Shown: one piece after another, positions 11,581-23,804 of the stretch
How the letters are laid out: the number at the start of each line of letters is the position of its first letter
Position numbering within the stretch: position 1 is the first letter of the stretch
NCBI RefSeq assembly: GCF_001194135.2
Contig: NC_068995.1
Coordinates: forward strand, 27,909,116-27,973,115
Direction of reading: 5' to 3'
Length of the DNA: 64,000 bases
From: Octopus bimaculoides
Taxonomy: Eukaryota
The notes under the pieces: generated by a model
What the model saw: the letters and a program-made list of their open reading frames with translations, nothing else
Databases searched by the model: none
What the model was told of the DNA's origin: nothing
Program-made: the position numbers and the translations under genes

Positions 11581-12268
11581 TCAATTAGAAAATGGAGGAT
11601 AATATGCTGAACCCAACTACTTGCAGACAGTGTATCCCGTTGAATTCATATCTGAGTATGGTTATGCACATGGACTCACATATATATGTATTGGAGTGTC
11701 TATAGCTATTTGTACTGTTTGTAGGCTCTTTATGTGCCTTATATTTTTATGCTTTTTATATATTTTTATATTTTCATTTTTCATTTATGTATTTTTATTA
11801 TTATTTTTTTCTTGCTGTACCATAATTTTTATTTCTATTTTTATTTTTTATTTTATTTTTGCTTTTGTTTTTGTTCTTATTTCTATTTCACCTTTGTTTT
11901 TACCTCTTACTCTATATTTGTATGAAATTCTTTGTTAATCTCTGAAGAGGCCTAGCGAGTCGTGCATGTACCCCCATTTCAACATTTCATCCGATAATCA
12001 CTCCAGCAAGAACTATTCAGATAGAATGGGGCATGCCAAAGCTAGGCCGAAACAGCTGTAAGATTAAACTTGTGTTCATTCTCTAATTCCTTATGTACTT
12101 TGTACTTTTATCTGTAAACCCGGTTGGCAAAATAACATGGTTTGTCAAAAACACCTGTACTTGGTGGTTTTTTTGTCACTTTAGCTATAAATTAAATTAA
12201 TGAATTCAACGGGATACACTGTCTGCAAGTAGTTGGGTTCAGCATATTATCCTCCATTTTCTAATTGA
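11581..12268 (+). mobile_element. Non-coding hammerhead-carrying element with perfect 69-bp terminal inverted repeats, TA-flanked (Penelope-like/retrozyme-like or MITE)
   Basis: 11581-11649 is the exact reverse complement of 12200-12268. TATA lies outside both ends, and (TA)n plus an assembly gap follows the right end. Confidence 0.75.
11935..12067 (+). ncRNA. Type I hammerhead ribozyme (predicted self-cleavage after GUA at 12060)
   Basis: Stem I TTAATCT (11935-41) / AGATTAA (12061-67). Core CTGAAGA (11942-48). Stem II GGCCTAGC (11949-56) / GCTAGGCC (12041-48). GAAAC (12049-53), palindromic loop AGCT, then GTA. All conserved core positions are present. Confidence 0.88.
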
Positions 12269-12441
12269 TATATATNNNNNNNNNNNNNNNNNNNNNNNNN
12301 NNNNNNNNNNNNNNNNNNNNNNNNNNNNNNNNNNNNNNNNNNNNNNNNNNNNNNNNNNNNNNNNNNNNNNNNNNNNNNNNNNNNNNNNNNNNNNNNNNNN
12401 NNNNNNNNNNNNNNNNNNNNNNNNNNNNNNNNNNNNNNNNN

Positions 12442-12487
<46 letters not shown>

Positions 12488-12959
12488 TGCACACATATGA
12501 TGGACTTCTTTATTGTTTCTGTGTATGAAATTTTGTTGATGTAGAGAAAGCCTTTGACAGGGTTCCCCACTCCTCTATCTGGTGGTCAATGCAGAAACTA
12601 GGGATAGATGAGTAGTTGGTGAGAGCTGTACATTGATCAACTTGGGCCACTAGTAATCTTATTTTCTCAGTTTAAGTCATGTAGTAAAGTTTTAAAAAAA
12701 AATTTCAATATATTCTTTGTGAAACATATCACTTTTAACAAAACTATCTATGCAGTCTTTTATAATAGTTCGATTTTAGATAAATATTTGTAGTGTTGAT
12801 CTCTTCAGTTTTATTCTGTACGTGTCCTGTCAATTTTGTCTTTTTTATAAAATGTTTGGATATACAAGAGTGTAAAGATTCCAAGTAGCATGAATTGCAA
12901 AGTTATTGTTTGGTTATATACTACTATAAAATTATTTTTGCCCTTGTTTGATCACACAG

Positions 12960-13191
12960 GTAGCAGATAATGATGCACTGCAAGAACTTACTGCACCTGT
13001 TGCTGGAGTTATCCTAGTGGTGATGGCCAATTTAAGGAGATGTTTTTCAGCTTCAGAATTCCTTACTAGTCATGAAGAGCTACAACAAAATCATTCTCTA
13101 ACACCTTCATCAAAGATTGGAACTCGTACTCTGTTTGCAACTTCACTACATATTGTTTTGAAAGGCCTACTAGATTACATACAGAAGTCTT
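12960..13191 (+). CDS. NUP205: Nup205 internal exon C
   Basis: cacacAG/GTAAGT, 232 nt, phase 0-1. VADNDALQELTAPVAGVILVVMANLRRCF...SLHIVLKGLLDYIQKS resembles AAQELMPVVAG...SLYIILKKLLDFILKT. Confidence 0.95.
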
Positions 13192-13279
13192 GTAAGTTGA
13201 CAGAGTTTCTTGTCATTTCATTCTTTTACTTGTTTCAGTTATTTGACAGTGGCCATGCTGGAGCACTGCCTTAAATGGT

Positions 13280-13600
13280 TTTAGTTGCAGAAATTGACTC
13301 CAGGACTTATTCTTTGTAAGCCTAGTTCTTATTCTATCAGTCTCTTTTGTCAAACCATTAAATTGCAGTAAACACACCAACATCAGTTGTCAAGTGATGG
13401 TGGTGGGGACTAACACAGGCACAATGACATAAATATATACAACAGGCTTCTTTCAGTTTCCATCTACCAAATCCACTCACAAGCCTTTGAGCAACTCAAG
13501 GCTATATTAGAAGACACTTGCCCAAGGTGCCACACAGTGGACTAAACCTGGAACTGTGTGGTTGGGAAGCAAGCTTCTTACCACACAGCCATGCCTGCAC
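13280..13600 (-). repeat. tRNA-derived SINE
   Basis: Minus-strand head gcaggcatggctgtgtggtaagaagcttgcttcccaaccac...ggcaccttgggcaagtgtcttc. Related copies at ~23330-23520 (+) and a head-only copy at ~33150. Confidence 0.75.
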
Positions 13601-13760
13601 CTGTTGTTAACTTATCCATTGCTTATATATCTTATTATCATCTTGAGAGGTGCCAACAGAGTTGTTCAAATAGCTTTTTCAAATTAACAAAGTATTTTAG
13701 GGTAATATTCTATTTTGAGTTTTACTAATTTCAATTAATTTTTTGCTTATTTTGATATAG

Positions 13761-13859
13761 GTGGGAGTCAGCAGAAAGTGCGAACATATTTATATGGTTC
13801 CCTTCTTTATTATCTTCAGATTGCACAAAAATCTACCCTACCTAGTTGGTTGTCTTCAG
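13761..13859 (+). CDS. NUP205: Nup205 internal exon D
   Basis: gatatAG/GTTTGT, 99 nt, phase 1-1. GSQQKVRTYLYGSLLYYLQIAQK is near-identical to the Nup205 motif QRVRTHLYGSLLYYLQIAQ. Confidence 0.95.
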
Positions 13860-14075
13860 GTTTGTTGAATACTTTTTGTTACTGATATAGTTTAACATCA
13901 TAGAGTCAACAGCTTAATTATCTGAATGCATATGCATGATACAAATCAAAGTTCCCCCTCAGATATCATTTTCATTATAGAATGTCAAAATATCTTTGTA
14001 TGTTTATGTTATTAGCTTTTTATAGAGGTAACTGCAGAAATAGATGTTGTAACTTGTTTATATGGCTCTTTACAG

Positions 14076-14233
14076 AAACAGAGGTTTTGGGTGTTACCCA
14101 AGTATTGGTTGCTTCAGGTGAAGGAGAATTTGACAATTTATCCAAAGAGAATTTGTCAATTATTTTATCATATGGTGATTCCTTACTAGAAATAATCTGC
14201 AAAGATATATGTGATGGACATAATGTAGGAAGA
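14076..14233 (+). CDS. NUP205: Nup205 internal exon E
   Basis: ctttacAG/GTAAGT, 158 nt, phase 1-0. ...LSKENLSIILSYGDSLLEIICKDICDGHNVGR resembles LQRENIAIIESYGAALMEVVCRDACDGHEIGR. Confidence 0.95.
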
Positions 14234-14469
14234 GTAAGTAGACATTTTTTTGTTCATTTTTTTATAAGAGCTAAGATTATTTTTGATTTGAGAGATAAAT
14301 CAACATTGCCTTTCTTATATCACAGAAACAAATTGAAAGTATGTGTTGTTTTTAGTTTATGAATGAACTCATTGGACGACCTTATCAAATTTATATATCT
14401 TAATATCTCACACCTGCATATGCCTGTACTTACAGCTATATCTGCACTGAAGGTGTAGTTTCTATATTA

Positions 14470-15040
14470 CAGGGTGGCCATAAAGTCACGCACCATCCTG
14501 CAATATGTGAAATTGCTAACATTGTCCTTTTTTTATAGCTTTTCACATCTGCTCATATTACTTACAAACCAATCCTCATTGGATGAGGGCAGATAATCAA
14601 CAAGGTGAGAGCATGGTAATGGTGTGGTGTAAGATTTGGTACAATCAAGTAATTGGACCATTTTATTTTGAGGGCTCTGTGACAGGTGATTCATATCTGG
14701 ACATGCTTGGCAACTAGGTGATGCCTCACATGCATTCACTTGGAAGGCGAAATCCTGTCTGGTTTCAGCAGGATAGGGCTCCACCCCATTATGCATTACA
14801 GGTTTGTGGTTTTCTGAATGAACATTTTCCAGGGAGATGGCTTGGGCATTGCAGGCCAATTGAATGGGTACCACATGAACTTTTTCTTCTGGTGCTACAT
14901 TAATTCCTTTGTGCATTCTGAAAAGATTCCTGACCAAGGACATCTTCAAAGAATTGTTGAAGTGTGTGAACAAGTCAATGACAATGATGAAGCACTTTTT
15001 TATATTTATAATTACACTTTGTTTCCTGTTCTCATAGCTC
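14470..15040 (+). mobile_element. Tc1/mariner-superfamily remnant (catalytic part)
   Basis: TA followed by the TIR-like cagggtggccataaagtc. Broken reading GDSYLDML...VWFQQDRAPPHYALQVCGFLNEHFPGRWLG. Confidence 0.8.
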
Positions 15041-15949
15041 TTATCCATTGTACCAGTGCATGTACATTTATCAGTGGCAGTATCATCAGAGATATGCTAA
15101 ACTAATTTTGTTCTAACCTAAACTAAATGTCCTATCTTAACCTAAATCTTTTCTAAAACTAATGGTTTATTCCCAGTTCAAATCCAGTCCAATTCTATGT
15201 ACATGTAAGATAAGCAATCACTAAAATCTCTGCAGCTGGGAAAGTCATTGCTTAGACGGATCTGCATGGTGTAAAATATGTCATGATGCATCAAAACAAT
15301 TTGAGTTGAAGAAACAATAAAAGAATTATATCTTGCAATGAACAGACACATTTACCCAATCCCAAGCAAAATCAAAACCATCAGTGTACCCATTGTGACT
15401 TCTTAGTAAAATCCATGCTTGGACTCAAATTGCATTTACACATCCTTTTTTATTTATTTATTTTAAATCCTCTCCTTGAAATACACATACATTGAAATTA
15501 ACAAGAGTGACCATTGCCTGAATGAATGGAGCAACCTAATTCTTAATTGTAAACACAAGTTATGTAACACATTCTTAAGGTGCCCTCCTCAATTATTCCC
15601 TAACTATTCCTCCTGCATTCTCATCCTAACTTGATGTTCTATATATTTATAACACAACTTTTTTAGCTACCTTTATATTTTCTTAACCCCGTGATATCCT
15701 TACATCTTCTTCCCTGCGCATGAGAATACGCAGGCATGTACATGTGCATACACACCTATATTATACTACAGGTGTATAGAGAACATAAGTGCATGTGTGT
15801 GGATATGCAAATATATGGTTTTACTGTTAAGTAGTATACCACCGATTTACCTCCAACTACAATGTGCCCCTAATGACTAGTAACTTTTTCTTCCTCCTCC
15901 TCCTCTCTTCTTCTATCTTAGTAAATCCACCTTACTCCCACTCCTAAAT

Positions 15950-16296
15950 ATTAGGTTGTTTCACATGAAGTATCACATTTTTAATTACTTTCGAGACAGT
16001 ACTTCTTGATACACCAAACATTTCAGCTGTTTGTGTTACACTAGCGCCTGTCATACGAGCACCAACAATTTGACCTCTTTGAAAGTCTGATAGATCTGTC
16101 ATTTTAATGAATTTTAATTACCTTTTTCTGGTGATATCTGAAAAGAAACAGCAATTTTAGCAAAACGTATTAAGCAACACTAATAATAAATAAATAAAAA
16201 AAACATAAAAATAAACAAGCTTTTGACAGTTTTATAGATAGTTAAAAATTATGATGCTATGATGCTAGGTGTTTCCATTATTTTGTCCAACTCCTG
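15950..16296 (-). mobile_element. Tc1-like element 5' end
   Basis: TA then caggagttggacaaaataatggaaacacct on the minus strand. ATG at 16102 gives MTDLSDFQRGQIVGARMTGASVTQTAEMFGVSRSTVSKVIK (paired-like HTH). Confidence 0.85.
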
Positions 16297-16470
16297 TATA
16301 TATATATCATCATCATCATCATCATCATCGTTTAAACGTCCGCTTTCCATGCTAGCATGGGTTGGACGATTTGACTGAGGATTGGTGCAACCGGATGGCT
16401 ACACCAGGCTCCAATCCAATTTGGCAGAGTTTCTACAGCTGGATGCCCTTCCTAACGCCAACCACTCAGA

Positions 16471-16510
<40 letters not shown>

Positions 16511-16539
16511 GGTTATGGGTATGACAGTATGATTTTAAA

Positions 16540-17200
16540 CTGCATCCAGTATTGAGGGCCTGGTTTGGGAGTTCCAGGGTTTTGAGGAGTGTGGAACCAC
16601 TTTTCAACAACTGTTGTTCGCTGGTTCATTGTGCTCCAGAGAAGACCTGGTGGAGTCAATTATTGGCCAATTAGCTAGTCAGTTGAAGAGATAGAGGTGT
16701 ATTAGTCAGGTAATGGTGCATGTTGGGCTCTGGGAGAAGAAAACCTTGATTCCAAACCTCCACTACTTTGTGGCTATACCCAGCCATGAGAAAGGCTTTG
16801 GGTGTAAGCCCTGTGGAAAAGTCCCTGTCACAGTTTGACATTGTATACAACCTCATTCTGGTAACTTCAGTGATGACATTGATCCAAATTGTAATTACCT
16901 TGCTCTTCATCTGGATCCATCAGTGACATGGATAGATGGGACATACTGCATGGGCAACAACCGTTCCTCCAGACAGTACTGTTCAGATTTGGGTCCTATC
17001 AAACACCCTTTACTGGAGAGACTGATGAATGTAGCAAAAGAAAGGTGAATCCACAGAAAAGAGCACCACAGCTCAAACACACATCCTACATGTGTGGCAA
17101 CAACTGCCATTCACACATTTGAATGTCTGTTCAGTTACAGACAATGCTTCCAGTGTGGTAGACAACTAAGACCTTCATCCATGGTCATTAATGACAATTG
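16540..17200 (-). mobile_element. Degenerate LINE C-terminal fragment, possibly RNase H-bearing (I-group)
   Basis: Minus strand shows a TDGS motif and degraded WV-containing and zinc-knuckle-like segments; heavily frameshifted. Confidence 0.4.
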
Positions 17201-18220
17201 AAGGCCATAGATATATGTATATGTCCCAGTGAGATTTATATCTAGGATTTAAAGGAACACAAAAAATTACTGCAATACCTTTATTGTGATGCTCTACAGA
17301 TTAACTGTTTAACATTTTGATTTTAGTGATTACCAAGTGTTTCCTAGAACCAGATGTTCTATAGGCTACTTTGACCTATCTTAAATGTAAAGACAGAAGC
17401 AAAAAGATATTTTGTACACCATCATCATCATCATCATCGTTTAACGTCCGCTTTCCATGCTAGCATGGGTTGGACGATTTGACTGAGGACTGGTGCAACC
17501 GGATGGCTACACCAGGCTCCAATCTAATTTGGCAGAGTTTCTACAGCTGGATGCCCTTCCTAACGCCAACCACTCAGAGAGTGTAGTGGGTGCTTTTACG
17601 TGTCACCCGCACGAAAACGGCCACGCTCGAAATGGTGTCTTTTATATGCCACCCGCACAAGAGCCAGTCTAGGGGCACTGGCAACGATCTCGCTCGAAAA
17701 CCCTACNNNNNNNNNNNNNNNNNNNNNNNNNNNNNNNNNNNNNNNNNNNNNNNNNNNNNNNNNNNNNNNNNNNNNNNNNNNNNNNNNNNNNNNNNNNNNN
17801 NNNNNNNNNNNNNNNNNNNNNNNNNNNNNNNNNNNNNNNNNNNNNNNNNNNNNNNNNNNNNNNNNNNNNNNNNNNNNNNNNNNNNNNNNNNNNNNNNNNN
17901 NNNNNNNNNNNNNNNNNNNNNNNNNNNNNNNNNNNNNNNNNNNNNNNNNNNNNNNNNNNNNNNNNNNNNNNNNNNNNNNNNNNNNNNNNNNNNNNNNNNN
18001 NNNNNNNNNNNNNNNNNNNNNNNNNNNNNNNNNNNNNNNNNNNNNNNNNNNNNNNNNNNNNNNNNNNNNNNNNNNNNNNNNNNNNNNNNNNNNNNNNNNN
18101 NNNNNNNNNNNNNNNNNNNNNNNNNNNNNNNNNNNNNNNNNNNNNNNNNNNNNNNNNNNNNNNNNNNNNNNNNNNNNNNNNNNNNNNNNNNNNNNNNNNN
18201 NNNNNNNNNNNNNNNNNNNN

Positions 18221-18510
18221 ATACAGTCTGCCTTTTACTCTGAGTGAGAGTCCCTTTGTCGCCAGCAGAGGTAAGAGCTCTCTAAACTTGGCCCAGGCTA
18301 TTCTTATTCTAGCAGTTACACTTTCAGCGCACCCAACCCCACTACTAACTTGGTCACCCAGATAGCGGAAGCTATCAACTACCTCTAGTTTTTCTCCCTG
18401 GAATGAGATAGAAGTTGTTTCCTGTTTGTTTGCAGTGTTTATTGCACCTGAACATCTGCCACATACAAAAACTAACTTTGTAGTTAATCTGCCTTTGATA
18501 TTCATGATAA
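18221..18510 (-). mobile_element. RTE-clade LINE fragment running into an assembly gap
   Basis: KLEVVDSFRYLGDQVSSGVGCAESVTARIRIAWAKFRELLPLLATKGLSLRVKGRLY. Confidence 0.9.
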
Positions 18511-18856
18511 TCATTTCCATTCAAAATATTATGAGTCTGTACTTTTTCTCACAGTACAACAAAATATACTTATTCAGCTTTTTTTTTAATTTTTTTTATT
18601 CAAACTAACGTATTATTTACCAGCTTACACCTTCCAATGTCGTTCTTCATTTACACCTTTTTGTTACCCATTGAGTGCAACTGCCAGTTAAACAACAGAG
18701 ATATTTTCAAGAGAACTTAATGTTTATAGATAATCTTTAAAAGTCTTTAAGCTTCTTAAGTTCTTTAAAAGTCCTTTAAGTTTATTAAGACTGTTCTGCT
18801 ACATTGTGTGTGAGATTTATATTAATATTTATGCATACTCTTTCTATGTTTTACAG

Positions 18857-19048
18857 TTACTAGCTCTTTCACTTCTGGATTGTATACTTTCTCTGGACAA
18901 GAGCAATCAGTGCTTGAACTTCATGATATCCAAAGGTTATCTGCAGCATCTTATTGATGGCATTCTTACCGATGATACTCACTTGCAAAATCTGTTAAAC
19001 TCATCAGTGGAATCTTTAAAGCATCTTTACAGTTTTGAAGGACGTATG
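18857..19048 (+). CDS. NUP205: Nup205 internal exon F
   Basis: ttttacAG/GTAAGT, 192 nt, phase 0-0. LLALSLLDCILSLDKSNQCLNFMISKGYLQHLIDGILTDD...LKHLYSFEGRM. Confidence 0.95.
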
Positions 19049-19307
19049 GTAAGTTGTTATTGTTGGGTAAAGCCATTTTGATAATGAGCATCCACTTCAC
19101 ACTTGTTTATTGCACACACATTTCTGAAATAGGTTAAAGAAAATTGAATCAAGGATTTATTTAGTCTCTGTAGTAAATAGGATTTAATTATTTAATTTAT
19201 TTGATTAGTTTCTGTAGTAAATATACAACTGTCATGGGGCTCTTTTTACAGGGGCTCTTCATTTCATTTGTTAAAATTTTGAAATTTATGCTTTATATTT
19301 ATTTTAG

Positions 19308-19423
19308 ACATTTTGCAGTCGAGTGGCATCATCCCCTGCTGGAGCGTATTCATTACTGCGCCATGGTTTCATGCAACGGTTAGCTGAATGTGAAGTGTTC
19401 TCTATGCGTCCAGAGCATGAAAG
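19308..19423 (+). CDS. NUP205: Nup205 internal exon G
   Basis: attttAG/GTAGTG, 116 nt, phase 0-2. TFCSRVASSPAGAYSLLRHGFMQRLAECEVFSMRPEHE resembles FLTRVA...GALELLRSG...RLAQCQVYDMRPE. Confidence 0.9.
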
Positions 19424-20505
19424 GTAGTGCACACGTCTTTCTGCAAGGCATCTGCAGTTACATATATATATATATATAATTTCATTGTTAATATCTATGA
19501 ATTTGTGTGTACAATTGAAAAAATTCTCTTTACATTTCCATCTAGAATTCATGGTTTGAGAGTAAACTTTATTTTTAAGATACTGTTATGCAATCAAAAA
19601 TCTTTTTGAGTGACAAAAGAGAACCTCAGAAGATATTAAAAATTATTTTCCTTGTTCAAGATATCTACTGATTTACTATGCTCACATAATTGTATAATAT
19701 TCTGTTAATGTGCTATCATGTATTTCTGATAATAGTTGCTTCATTATATTTTTACTATACTATGGAAATTTTCTGTTGATAATGCTATTGAAATTATTTA
19801 GTTGTAATAATAAACAACATACTGATTCTTAATACCCTGGCATCTATGAATCTTTACTGGTTGTGTAAACTAGTTGTGAAGATTCAACTTATGTCATTGT
19901 GCAACTAAATGCCTGATTTCTACTACTTTTTCTGGGGTACTGCTCACAAAATTATTTTTGTTGATCTAGGATTATTTTAAACAGTTTGCAGGATTATTAT
20001 ATCTGAAAAAAAATTTTAATATTTAAGACTGACAGTTTCTAAATATTGTGTCTATAGATTAGAAGTTACTAATTTCATAAGATGTGCATGCATAATTTCA
20101 AGCATTCTATATATGCATTTATGAGTATGTTTATGAAAGTATACATGGAAGTCACTGATGACTCAGTTGCTAAGGTAAGAAACAACCAGCTGAAGAATAA
20201 TTTGATAATTTCTTGACAGTGTTGTGTTCCCTTAATAGTCTAATCTATCTTATAAAATATATGCACCACAGAGTAGTATAGTTTACTGTTAACAACTGTT
20301 TTGCTTGCTTAAAGTGTTGAGATTATCCCACCCCACCCCTACAGCTCTTGTTAGAGGAGGTGATGGACTGCACTATCTTCATCAGTACACCTTTTAGCAC
20401 TTGTGTAGATATGCATATGTGTGTATCTTTGCATACATGTACATATGAGTATATGAATATATGCGACACTTGCTCTGGAGATTATCCCAACTTATTGGGA
20501 ATATA

Positions 20506-21745
20506 GGAGGTGGTATCAAAAAGTTCCTGGACTAGTTATGTTTAATAAAAAATAACTTATTTACCTAAGTTTTAATATGATCTCCTTCGAAATAGTCACC
20601 TCACACAGCAATACACCAGTATTCCTGCCACTTTTGGAATCCAGCCGGGAAGTTGTTTTCTGTAAGCAAATTGAGGACCTTCTGCGATTTGCTCTTGATC
20701 TCAACAGTGGTATTAAAACGGTGGTCTTTGAGCTGCATTTTCATCTTGGGGAAGAGATGGAAGTTCACAGGTGCTAAATCTGGTGAATAGGATGGGTACA
20801 GAAGTGATGCTATGTTGTTTTTGGTAAGAAACTCATGAGTGAGGAGAGGTTGGTGACAGGATGCATTGTCACTGTGAAGAATCTGGTTCCTCTTGTTCCA
20901 CAGATCTGGTTCCGTTCACCAAATGTCCTCCCTCAAACATTTCAAAACATCGCTGTAGAACTCTTGGTTGACAGTCTAGCCCTGGGGGATGAATTTTCGA
21001 TGCACAATACCACTGATGTCATCAAAAATGATGTGCATGCTCTTGATTGAGCTGCAACTCTATCATGCTTTTTTGATCATGGAGAAGAGCTCTTCCATTG
21101 CGGCTTTGTCTCAGGGTCATACCCTTAGACCCAGCTCTCATCACCGATGATGATTCTCAACATGAAGGATGGGTCATCAGTGGTATGCTGATGGAGATCT
21201 TGACAGATTTCAACACACCACATGTTCAATTCAGACTTTAGTATTGCCTGCACAGGCTCATACGACAGACCAACAACATCAGCACTGTCACTGATTGTCC
21301 CGCAACAATCCTCATGCACAAGCTGATGAATTTTCACCACATTTGCAGGGGTGATGATTATGGCAGGTCTTCCAGATTGCTCATCATCTTCCAAAGACAT
21401 TCTTCTGCTTTTGAACTGCCCATGCCACTCAAAACATTGCATACCACCCATTGCCTCACCACTAAGCTTTCTGAAGCTCAATGTCTCTGTAGCCGACTTC
21501 ACAAGTTTAATGCAAAATTTCATGTTGGCTCTTTGTTCCAACTTCCTGTCCATGACAAAATCGCAGAGTACGGCATACATGTGATTACAAAAACACAAAT
21601 TTCACAACTTGCAAAGTAAATAGTGATGTCACTTGACACACCGTCTCATGAAGGTCACTGCTAGCTCTCATTGCACATGCAACTGTGAGCTGCCATCTGT
21701 TGGCATGCTACAGTACTAATCTGGGAACTTTTTGATACCACCTCA
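20506..21745 (-). mobile_element. Near full-length mariner with TIRs and TA duplication; transposase pseudogenised
   Basis: gaggtggtatcaaaaagttcc (20507-27) is mirrored at 21724-44, with TA at 20504-05 and 21746-47. Minus ORF reads EQRANMKFC...CFEW...EDDEQSGRP...IIIGDESWV. Confidence 0.92.
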
Positions 21746-21933
21746 TATGATAATGAACTAGACTCTCAAGGTTTTATGTTACTTTGGATATACAAGTCAC
21801 TTGCTCTCTGAATTGGATACATTTTATGAGCATTATATGCACAATTGGTGATTATTGTTAAATGCTAAAAATTTCTCAACAAGATTTTTGTCATTATTTG
21901 GTATCAGTTGTAACTCATGTAATATAATTGCAG

Positions 21934-22081
21934 GGGACACACTGAAGGCAATACACTTATGGATGAAGAAATGGGTTTATCACCTTTGGCCCGCTATCGC
22001 CGACTTCTTTTCCCTGTCCTCAAAGTTTGTTTGGCTATCATTTCTTCAGTTGGAGTAGAAAACAGCAATGCAGCCAAAGAG
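21934..22081 (+). CDS. NUP205: Nup205 internal exon H
   Basis: attgcAG/GTAGTG, 148 nt, phase 2-0. GHTEGNTLMDEEMGLSPLARYRRLLFPVLKVCLAIISSVGVENSNAAKE resembles PVDRYRQILLPALQLCQVILTS. Confidence 0.9.
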
Positions 22082-23804
22082 GTAGTGTATTCCAACTTCC
22101 ATTAACTTTCTGTATTTCTTTTGTAGATGAACTTGTGATGGTTATTGCATGCATATTTTTGTATGTGTAATTTGGTCTGTCAGTTCCTCAACTCTGTTTT
22201 TTTTTTTGCAACTTTATTGAAAATGAAAATAATTTTTTTCTTTAATAAATAACATCCTTTATTAGTTCACCAAAAACATTATGAATGACAATGAAGACAA
22301 TTGTATTATTCATAAAGACCATCAAATCAAAGCTATAAATTGAATAAATGTTAGTAATGGCAATAATATTCCAAATCATCATCATCATCATTTAATGATC
22401 ATGTTCCATGTTGGTTTGGTTTGGACATTTTAACAGGATCCAACTAACATGAGGGCTGTCTTGGTCTCCAGTGTTTGCTTTGGCAGCTGAATACTCTTCT
22501 TAATGCCATTCATTTTACAAAGTGTACTTTTCTTAGTACCTGTACTAGTGGGCTCATCAGATAACTTGTATGACCTCTTGACAGAGTAAAATTGCAGTAT
22601 TGAAGGAGATGACTTTGTGCCAAGTATAAAGAGACTAAGGTAGGAAAGATGGACAGGAACAAGTGTCTTGCTGTGAAAGAGATACAGTTACTGCTCCCTC
22701 CCCACAAGAGAGGGGGAAAGGATTAGTGAAGGATGGATAGAGAAGGAATAAGGGAGTGAATTGGGGATGGCTGAGGTGGTAGGTAATGGAAATGAAATGA
22801 AGCATGGAGGAAACAGAAGATGGCCAGTGACAAAGACAGGCCAGGTGTGCATAGGGGGTAGATATAAGTTAAAAAAAAGGAACAGTGATGGCAGAGATGA
22901 GAGGGTGTTCAGAGAAAATGCAAGTTTAATGGATAATATAGTGGTAAGGGATGATGTTGGAAGTGTGGAATGTGTATATATATAGGAACTTTCATAGTGA
23001 GTATATATATATATTCATGTACAATTATATGTATACATGTATATGTGTTGAATACTGAGCATCTCTTTACACACACAGTGTGTACAGAATTAATAAATAG
23101 ATAATATAAAATTATGTTTGAGAAAATGAAGCAATAAAACAGTGGGGAAACAATATATGAGTTTACAAATATACACTCAAAACATAGGTCAGCTGCCAGA
23201 TATATTAACATTAATATAAATTAGAGCTCATGCAAAGATACATAAACAGACATACATCCACTCACACATGTACACACACATGAAGAAACACAGATACACA
23301 AAGGGTAGTATTTGAAAAAAATCATAATTACAGGAGTGAGTAGGTGAAAGGATGGATATCGGTGCAAGCGTGGCAATACAGTACAAGGTTTGTTTCCCAA
23401 CCACATGGTTTAGTTTTCAATCCCACTGTGTGGCACCTTGGGCAAGTGTCTTCTACTATAATGACAAAGCCTTGTGAGTGGATTTGGTAGGGGGAAACTG
23501 AAAGAAGCCCATTATATATATATATATATGTATATAAAATGGTCTTCATCATTATCATTTAACGTCTGTTATCCACACTGGCATGGGCTGGATGGTTCGA
23601 TCAGGGCTGGCATGTTGAGGGGCTGTACAGACTCCTGTCTGATTTGGCATGGTTTTTTAACACCAACCACTCCGAGAGTGTTAAGGATGCTTTTGCATGA
23701 CACGAGTATCTGCCATGGCTATGATTTCACTTGGCTTGATGGGTTTCTTATTCAAGCACACCATATTATTGAAGTTCTTGGTTATTTGTCATTTATTCTG
23801 TAAG

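Noticed and set aside
11621-11938. Hydrophobic 105-aa ORF resembling a membrane protein
   Set aside because: It is a translation of T-rich low-complexity sequence within the ribozyme unit, with no splice or homology support.
13540-13600. tRNA-like sequence (also ~33150)
   Set aside because: It is the head of a tRNA-derived SINE, not a complete cloverleaf gene.
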